Below the pieces are notes generated by a model that was given only the letters and a program-made list of their open reading frames with translations, was not told where the DNA came from and ran no database searches. Made by a program: the position numbers and the translations under genes. From contig CBDCTZ010000015.1 in assembly GCA_965222375.1 (NCBI GenBank), forward strand, positions 928,001-992,000: DNA of 64,000 nucleotides. Direction: 5' to 3'. Positions 57,763 through 64,000 of the stretch are shown here, one piece after another. Every line of letters begins with the position of its first letter. Positions within the stretch are counted from its first letter, which is position 1. The DNA comes from Polyangiaceae bacterium. GTDB taxonomy: Bacteria > Myxococcota_A > Polyangia > Polyangiales > Polyangiaceae.

Positions 57763-58227
57763 CTAGGGCGAGGCCTGGGTCAGTCGGGTCAGGATTTGCT
57801 TGCTGCGCGGCCCCGTCGAGTTCAGCACGACCTTGCGTGGGTCGGTCGAGAACTCGAGCATGACCGCATCACCACCCAGGTGCTCCACCCACGGAGTGCC
57901 CCATTCGACGACGACGAGCTGTCCTTCATCGCGGCGCTCCAACAGACCCAGCTCTTGCACCTCCCGGGCTTTTTCGAGGCGGTAGAGATCCGCGTGCAGC
58001 ATGGGTGGCCGAGTGGCGTGTTCGTTCACGAGGGCGAAAGTGGGGCTCGTCACGCGGATACGACTCGAGAGCCCCAGGGCGCGACACAGGGCACGCGTGA
58101 AGAACGTTTTGCCGGCACCGAGCTCGCCACTGAGGATCAACAGGTCGCCGGCCTTCAGCATCGGCGCCAGCCGGGCCGCGAGGCGAGTCGTGGCGCGGCG
58201 TGTAGGTAAGTCGAGGCTCAGGTTCAC
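57763..58227 (-). CDS. tsaE: tRNA threonylcarbamoyladenosine biosynthesis ATPase TsaE
   Basis: GELGAGKT, VTSPTF, HADLYRL and VEW motifs. Confidence 0.96.
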   Translation of the reverse strand: MNLSLDLPTRRATTRLAARLAPMLKAGDLLILSGELGAGKTFFTRALCRALGLSSRIRVTSPTFALVNEHATRPPMLHADLYRLEKAREVQELGLLERRDEGQLVVVEWGTPWVEHLGGDAVMLEFSTDPRKVVLNSTGPRSKQILTRLTQASP

Positions 58228-60107
58228 GGCCCTAGCCCGGGGCTCGTGCGCAAGGAAATGGTCCGATCCAGGGTTCGCTTGCCGGCGAAGCCTCGGGCAC
58301 TGGAGGTGAGCAGATCCGCTTCGGCTCGCAGCAGGCGGTCCCGGGCGATTGCGTGCAGCTTCCGGACCGCGACGCGATCGTCGACCCGCTCGAGGGGCAA
58401 GTCCGCGACGGCACGAGCGGAAAGCGATGCGGCGTCATGGCCGAGGGCGGTGAACCAGGTCAGCTCGAATTCGAGGCCGTTCTTCTTGGACTCTGGCGCG
58501 GCCCTGGAACGCTGCTTCGGATAGCTGCCGCTAGTCACGGAGATGATGCGACGAGACTTCGACAACTGGTCGAAGAGAGTCGCGGATTCGAACCCCAAAC
58601 CGAACAGCGGCGACAGGCCAACCCCGCGTACGTCCCTGACAACCGAGCGCGCGCACTGCGCATCACCCAGCAACAGGATCGTCGCTACCGCGTCCCGCTT
58701 CCAATCCTGGACCGGGAACCTGGAAAAGCCGGCCCGCGTGGTTGAAACGGTGCACGGCACCCCACCCGCGCCAACCACGGCAATTGGAGCGGCCGAGCGA
58801 GCCTTTGCCGCCGCCTCCAAGGCGCTTCTGTCTGCGCCGCGGCCTGGTGCGAGAACAAAGGTGAACGCAAGGGGCTTGCTCGCTTTGATCGGCGCCAGCG
58901 TGATCGTCGGAATCCTCGTGACTTCAGCGTAGCGAGAAGCGATCTGGGCGGATTCTGGGTCAGTTCCGGCCACCAGCACCGTGGCACCATCTCCGGCGAG
59001 CCGGGACAACGCTGACTCCAATTCACCAGGCCCGCCGGCGTGGTCCGCTGTAACCATCCGAACCGACTCGGGGTCTTGCGCGCGCTGGGGAAGCCCGAGC
59101 GCTCGGGCCATGCCCCGGGCCACCTCGGCCGAACGCTTCGAACTGGCTACATCGTGGGTTGTCAGCACCAGACCCACCTGTCTTCCGAGCACTCTGGGGC
59201 GCACTTCGCCCCGGGCGGCCAGTCGGGCCAGGTCGGCTGCGCGCTGGCCCCGCTTTACGGACCGCACGCCCGAGTCGACCAGCCGGCGTGCCAGCTTCGC
59301 GTCATCGCGCTCCAGTGCCTCGCGGACTAGGCGGTCCACGATCGCTTTCGTCAACCACTCGCGAACTTCTGCCCGCGGTGAACCCTCCCCGTACTTTTCT
59401 TGTTGAGCCAGCAGTCGGCCCAACGCGTCCTCGAGCGCCGGCGCGCTGAGTCTTGCCAAGAATGACCTTGCCCGCTGTTGCACCGCATCGCGATCTTCCG
59501 GTGCAGCGGCGGCAAGCCAGGCCAAGATGAACCCGACGCTCGCGCGGGGTTGACGTGCGGCGAGCGCTGCTTGCACGCGAAGCTCTCCGAGCAAAAGGCG
59601 TTCTTCATCGTCTACAATCTTGTTCACGAGAGGCTTGAGCAAAGCGAGCGCACCCTTGGCGTCCCCGCGGCGCAAGACGATCGCCGCCTCAACGACCGTC
59701 GCAAAGTCCCGGGTCGTGCCAGGCGCGCCTTGCCGCACCTGCTGCACGAGAGCGCGCGCAGGCCCGAGGCGACCTTGCTCCACGAGGACCCAGGCCAAGT
59801 AGACCCGCGCCACACGGCTTTTGGGCTCTTGGGGGTACTTCGCAAGGTATCGACGCAGGTCGGGCTCCAGGGTCGTCCGCTTGCCGTCGGCCGCATTGAG
59901 CCACTCGAGCTGAAGCTCCCGGAAGTCCCGTTGCGCGTCCAGGCTCGTGGCTAGGGCGGGGTCGGGAGCATTTGGGTCCTTGTTGCCGCCGCCGCAACCC
60001 ACCGCGATTCCGGTGATCATCAGCGCCGAGCCAAGGCCGCGGCAGCTCGACGCCAACGAACGGCCCCAGAGGGAGCCCTTGGCGTGACGTTCGCGGTATG
60101 GTCGCAC
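58224..60107 (-). CDS. Lipoprotein with TPR-like N-terminus and periplasmic-binding-protein-like C-terminus (LppC/LpoA-like)
   Basis: IAVGC lipobox; VGLVL.. start of PBP fold; ALGHDAA motif. Confidence 0.7.
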   Translation of the reverse strand: MRPYRERHAKGSLWGRSLASSCRGLGSALMITGIAVGCGGGNKDPNAPDPALATSLDAQRDFRELQLEWLNAADGKRTTLEPDLRRYLAKYPQEPKSRVARVYLAWVLVEQGRLGPARALVQQVRQGAPGTTRDFATVVEAAIVLRRGDAKGALALLKPLVNKIVDDEERLLLGELRVQAALAARQPRASVGFILAWLAAAAPEDRDAVQQRARSFLARLSAPALEDALGRLLAQQEKYGEGSPRAEVREWLTKAIVDRLVREALERDDAKLARRLVDSGVRSVKRGQRAADLARLAARGEVRPRVLGRQVGLVLTTHDVASSKRSAEVARGMARALGLPQRAQDPESVRMVTADHAGGPGELESALSRLAGDGATVLVAGTDPESAQIASRYAEVTRIPTITLAPIKASKPLAFTFVLAPGRGADRSALEAAAKARSAAPIAVVGAGGVPCTVSTTRAGFSRFPVQDWKRDAVATILLLGDAQCARSVVRDVRGVGLSPLFGLGFESATLFDQLSKSRRIISVTSGSYPKQRSRAAPESKKNGLEFELTWFTALGHDAASLSARAVADLPLERVDDRVAVRKLHAIARDRLLRAEADLLTSSARGFAGKRTLDRTISLRTSPGLGP

Positions 60108-60116
60108 GAACGAAGC

Positions 60117-60776
60117 ATGTCACGCGCGTCCGAGGGCTCGTCAACAAAAGCGGTACCCAGAACCCCTTGGAGGCGCGCTTTTGAATTATCGGGCGTGGTC
60201 CCCCTGCTCGCGTTCGTGATTCTGCACGTCGTAGATGCCGTTCGCGGGCAGGTCCCCGAGCGCACGAGGTACAGCGTCATCTTCGAGGTTGGGCTGGTCT
60301 GGCTGCCGCTGGGTTTTCACACGGGGTACGCAGCTTGGGAGGCCTTGCGTCAGCAGCGAAACAGACCCGCGAAGTCGCGGGCCCAACTGTTTGGGGCCGC
60401 TGCGGCTTGGATCAGTCTGGCGTTCGTGGTGTTGCACACCTGGCAGATCCGGATTCCGGTACTGCGAGGCGTCATGTCTCGAGAGGCAGTGCAGCTCAAG
60501 CTCATGGAGAGCCTCTCATCCACGGTGAGTTTCGGCCTGCCCCTTTGGGCCCTCGCCTACACGCTCGGGGTTGCCGCCACGGCCGCCCACATCGCCAGCG
60601 GCACCCTGTCCTACCTGGCCGCCGAAGGCACCATGGAGCGGCCGAGGGTCGCTCGCGCGCTCAAGACTGGAATCTATGCCTTGAGTCTGGGCATATTCTT
60701 CGCCGGCTTTGATGCCATCGCGCTACTCGCGACGGGAACTCACTTCTGGCTCGCTGCGCCGGGAGGAACGCGCTAG
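60117..60776 (+). CDS. Succinate dehydrogenase cytochrome b (SdhC)-like membrane protein
   Basis: LSGVVPL..LHV, PLGFH, VLH and AAHIASG: four TM His residues. Confidence 0.65.
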   Translation: MSRASEGSSTKAVPRTPWRRAFELSGVVPLLAFVILHVVDAVRGQVPERTRYSVIFEVGLVWLPLGFHTGYAAWEALRQQRNRPAKSRAQLFGAAAAWISLAFVVLHTWQIRIPVLRGVMSREAVQLKLMESLSSTVSFGLPLWALAYTLGVAATAAHIASGTLSYLAAEGTMERPRVARALKTGIYALSLGIFFAGFDAIALLATGTHFWLAAPGGTR

Positions 60777-60821
60777 AGGGCGCCCAGTTCGTCTCCCTTA
60801 TAGCTCGACATCGATTCGATC

Positions 60822-61256
60822 ATGCCTCGCTGCTACCTGCTCGCCTTGTGCTCGGGCTCGTCCCTGGACCAACAGTCCAACAACGTGACGCTGTTCAACC
60901 TGGTCGAGCAAATCAATGTGCCACCGGGCGCGCCGCCGCCGCCCGGTGGGGCTCTACCCTTGGAGGTGCACGCCTACCTGCTGCTCAGCGGGGACGAGGT
61001 CGGTAAGGAGTTCGAGGGACGGGTCGCCTTGGTGGGCGCCACCGGGCTCGAAACCTACACGGATGCCTTCAAGCACCGACCTTTAACCCCGCGATATCGC
61101 ATCAGGACTTACGGTTTGCCGGTGCCGCCGGTCGTGGGCAACTACGAAGTGCACATCGACCTGCGTGCTGAGGGAGAGGGCAACTGGGTTCGCTCCCCAG
61201 CCTCTTGGCCGCTGTTGGTGGTCGAGGCCAACGACAACGTGCCGGTGGTGCACTAG
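60822..61256 (+). CDS. Hypothetical protein (beta-sandwich-like)
   Basis: 144-aa ORF with typical codon bias. Confidence 0.75.
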   Translation: MPRCYLLALCSGSSLDQQSNNVTLFNLVEQINVPPGAPPPPGGALPLEVHAYLLLSGDEVGKEFEGRVALVGATGLETYTDAFKHRPLTPRYRIRTYGLPVPPVVGNYEVHIDLRAEGEGNWVRSPASWPLLVVEANDNVPVVH

Positions 61257-61303
61257 CAAAGTCCGGCCCGGCAGCGTTGCGTGTGGCGCTCAGTTTTGCC
61301 ACT

Positions 61304-61624
61304 ATGCGCCAGCCCAGGGGCGGGCCCACGCGAGATCCTCCAGTGACCATTGGCCAAGAGTCATCCATCAAGCGCTCGAAGCGCGCGCCGGCAAAGCTCG
61401 GGGCGGATGCCGAAGATGACCGCGACACCGTGTTGCCCAACTCGACGCCAGCTTGGTCTCATGAGGACGATATCGAAACCTGGCCCGAGTCCGAGCCACC
61501 TGAAGCAGAGACTCTCCGTCCGCCGGCAGGTGAGGAACTCCCCGAGGAGCTTCCGCCCGACAGTGACGACCTGCGCGACACCGTGCCGTCACCTCCACCG
61601 CCGCCGGGCAGCATCACTAGCTGA
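61304..61624 (+). CDS. Hypothetical acidic/Pro-rich protein
   Basis: Low-complexity ORF filling the intergenic space. Confidence 0.5.
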   Translation: MRQPRGGPTRDPPVTIGQESSIKRSKRAPAKLGADAEDDRDTVLPNSTPAWSHEDDIETWPESEPPEAETLRPPAGEELPEELPPDSDDLRDTVPSPPPPPGSITS

Positions 61625-61651
61625 ACCGCTGTGGCCTACGCCACGACGAGT

Positions 61652-63217
61652 TCAATTGCAGTTCTTGGCGCCTGGCGTAGAGCATCGGTGCGAGCGGACT
61701 TTGTTGTAGACCGGGTACGGCGTTCCATTCGTTTGCACCCAAGCGAACTTGTCCCAGCTGCTATCGCGCAAGATGAACGGCGTAATGCCGAGAATGCTTG
61801 GGTGGGTCAGCCAAACGTTCTTGAGCGCTTCCACGCTGAAATCGGCCACCTGCTCACGTGACCAGTTGTAGCTCTCGTGCTGAACCGTCCAGCCCGTCTC
61901 GGTGACGACCACCTTCATGTTGGGCTTGCCGATGGCCGCAAGCTCCTTCTCGAAATACTTCAGGCCGGGGTTGGCCTCGGAGTACGGGCAGAAGAAGCCC
62001 CAGCCTTCGCCCTTGGATGGGTACGAGTGGGAGGCAAACGCGTCGATCTTGTCGAACACGTTTGGCACAGCGCCTTTCATGTAGCCCAAGAAGGTCGCCG
62101 CTAGCGTCCCTGGTGGTCCATTCTGGGTGGCGCAGTCGCAGCTGTTCACGCCACCGGGTGCCAGACCGCCGTTGAGTACCTTGATGCGGGAGTCCCCCAA
62201 CGAGTGAAGCGCGTCGGCCGCATCTCTGAGCAGCCCGGCGTACTCGCTGGCAACTTGCTGCGCAGTGAGCGAGCCACTGCTACACACCCACTCGTAGCAG
62301 AGATTCGGTTCGTTATGCACCTGGACGTAGAGCGGCCAGTCAGCGCGCTTGGGTAGGTCCGCTATCACCGCCTTGTACACCTGAGCCAAGCCCTTGTAGG
62401 ACGTGGGGCTCTCGCCCATCTTGCGCACGTTTCGGTCACCCCAAGGGGGAGCCATGCGAATGACCGGAATGAGATCCCGAGCATACGCGTCGGCAATGGA
62501 CTGCTTCCAACTCGGCTCCGCGCTGGTGCGTCCCGGCTTGATGTCGGCGAAGATCACCGTCACCCAGCCACCTGGACCGGCAAGTTTCGCCGTCAAATCG
62601 TGGTCCGCGGCGCTACCCTCGTTGACGTACCCCATCCCGTAGCGATTCGGCGGTGGCGGCCCCGTGGTTGCGCCGCCAGTTCCTGAACCACCCGAGCCAC
62701 TTCCTCCGCTGCTGGTGCCGCCAGTCCCGGAGCCATCCAGGGAGAACACCTGACATGTCGCCACGACGGTGCCGGGGTCGCCGCCGTTCTTGTCCTTGCG
62801 AAACGTGAAATCCAGAACCCCAGCGCCGTGCCCTTGCACGTCCCAGGTCCAGGTGTAGGGACCTTTGCCCGTCACGCCCACCCAGCTCGTCGAAGGCGAC
62901 CCGGGCCCAGTGACACTCATGTCGACGTAGGCGAAGCCCGTCGAGTTCGTGTAGCTGACCGAGAACTTCTGACCGACTTGGGTGGGGTCCTGGGAAAACG
63001 CGAAACCCGTGTCACAAGGCAGCGGCGCCAGCCCACCGGATCCGCCCACTCCAGCAGACGCCGCCCAGCCGCCGTCGTTGACGGTGGTGCCACCCGTTCC
63101 GCCGCCGCCTGAACCGCCGGTCGCAGGAATCGAGTTGTCGCCGGTTTCGCTGCAACCGAACGCGGCCGCAAAAAGTGATGCCGCGGTGAGGACGACTGCT
63201 GCTTTGGGGTTCGACAT
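61652..63217 (-). CDS. Lipoprotein glycoside hydrolase (clan GH-A-like)
   Basis: AFGC lipobox; HNEPN acid/base, HSYP and VTETGW nucleophile motifs. Confidence 0.85.
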   Translation of the reverse strand: MSNPKAAVVLTAASLFAAAFGCSETGDNSIPATGGSGGGGTGGTTVNDGGWAASAGVGGSGGLAPLPCDTGFAFSQDPTQVGQKFSVSYTNSTGFAYVDMSVTGPGSPSTSWVGVTGKGPYTWTWDVQGHGAGVLDFTFRKDKNGGDPGTVVATCQVFSLDGSGTGGTSSGGSGSGGSGTGGATTGPPPPNRYGMGYVNEGSAADHDLTAKLAGPGGWVTVIFADIKPGRTSAEPSWKQSIADAYARDLIPVIRMAPPWGDRNVRKMGESPTSYKGLAQVYKAVIADLPKRADWPLYVQVHNEPNLCYEWVCSSGSLTAQQVASEYAGLLRDAADALHSLGDSRIKVLNGGLAPGGVNSCDCATQNGPPGTLAATFLGYMKGAVPNVFDKIDAFASHSYPSKGEGWGFFCPYSEANPGLKYFEKELAAIGKPNMKVVVTETGWTVQHESYNWSREQVADFSVEALKNVWLTHPSILGITPFILRDSSWDKFAWVQTNGTPYPVYNKVRSHRCSTPGAKNCN

Positions 63218-63292
63218 TTGGCAGTCTCCATTCTACCCCAGCACGCGGCTGGTCCCAGCGGCGTCGCGGGGCTGGGCCTCGGCGCGGTATTT

Positions 63293-64000
63293 ATGGCCAC
63301 CCCCTCGAAACCTCACGAACGCGGCGAGCCTGGGCTTGACGTTCTGCGCGCCGTGGCAGTCGTCATGATGTTCGCGGTTCATGTGCGACGAGTCCAAACC
63401 CCGCAGAGCCGAACGGGTGCAGGCCTTGCGGAAGCGTCCCTCGACTTCTTCATGCACATCGAGCCGTTCATTACATCGCTGTTTCTTTTCGTCGCGGGCT
63501 ATTCGGTGGTGCTCGCTTTCCAAGCGGGGAGGACTCGCAGAGTGTGGTGGGCAAAGGCGGGGCGACGCGTCTTGCAGTTGTATTTGCTCAGCGTTGGGCT
63601 CTTCGTCCTGCAGTATGGCGTGGACCTTCCAGACTTGCTGCTTTCGAGCGGCATACTGCAGGTCATTGCGCTGAGTGTGCTCTGTGTCGGCGCGTGTCTG
63701 AGCACTCGCAGGCCCGAGCTGGCGCTGCTCCTAGCGAGCATCCTTGGCTTCGCCGTGACTGCGGCGCTGGAAGCTTGGGACTCGAGTGTGTCGGGATTGA
63801 ACGCCGGGCCCGGCGGAAATACGCCCCTGCTGGCCCATGCTTGCTTCGGCGCACTGACCGCCCTTGCCGTCGCTCGTGACCGACGCGGAGCGCTCGCGCG
63901 CCTGCTGCTGATCACAGCAATCCTGTCCGGCACCGCGCTATTGGTTCAAGGAGGCTGGACCACGACGCATATCTCCCAGTACCGAGATCTGGACGGGCAG
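63293..64000 (+). CDS. Membrane acyltransferase-like protein (DUF1624/HGSNAT-like), runs off window end
   Basis: Manual translation: GLDVLRAVAVVMMFAVH..LFLFVAGYS..GILQVIALS; open to the window end. Confidence 0.8.
   Translation, partial: MATPSKPHERGEPGLDVLRAVAVVMMFAVHVRRVQTPQSRTGAGLAEASLDFFMHIEPFITSLFLFVAGYSVVLAFQAGRTRRVWWAKAGRRVLQLYLLSVGLFVLQYGVDLPDLLLSSGILQVIALSVLCVGACLSTRRPELALLLASILGFAVTAALEAWDSSVSGLNAGPGGNTPLLAHACFGALTALAVARDRRGALARLLLITAILSGTALLVQGGWTTTHISQYRDLDGQ

Noticed and set aside
63233..63933. Minus-strand ORFs 63233..63523 and 63499..63933
   Set aside because: Shadows of the plus-strand acyltransferase-like gene starting at 63293
1..64000. CRISPR array, integrase, transposase or prophage
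   Set aside because: No regularly spaced repeat array and no recognisable mobile-element motifs in any credible ORF

Overview
A GC-rich bacterial chromosomal window that looks myxobacterial (Polyangiales-like). That assignment is inferred from the TIGR02266-type PilZ protein, several Hanks-type kinases and many Gly-rich lipoproteins. It is mostly core genome: dnaA with DnaA boxes but no adjacent dnaN, hemE-hemY, ccmE, tRNA-Gln(UUG), grpE-dnaK, dnaJ, uvrD/pcrA, proC, asd-thyX, nadA, mlaE and tsaE. I see no CRISPR array, integrase, transposase or prophage. The most notable non-core content is: (1) two large kinase + degenerate cyclase + STAND ATPase + TPR proteins, one a clear pseudokinase and the other translationally coupled to an intact patatin phospholipase, which is followed by a mini-TPR gene; (2) an apparently circularly permuted alpha/beta-hydrolase lipoprotein; (3) several further pseudoenzymes; (4) a small lipopeptide with duplicated GPQVCLS-PP units; (5) a compact 2H phosphoesterase; (6) a frameshifted paralog of a large lipoprotein; (7) many TAnnnT -10 boxes lying 5-9 nt before start codons, which suggests leaderless mRNAs. 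All calls come from reading motifs by eye; no database searches were run.
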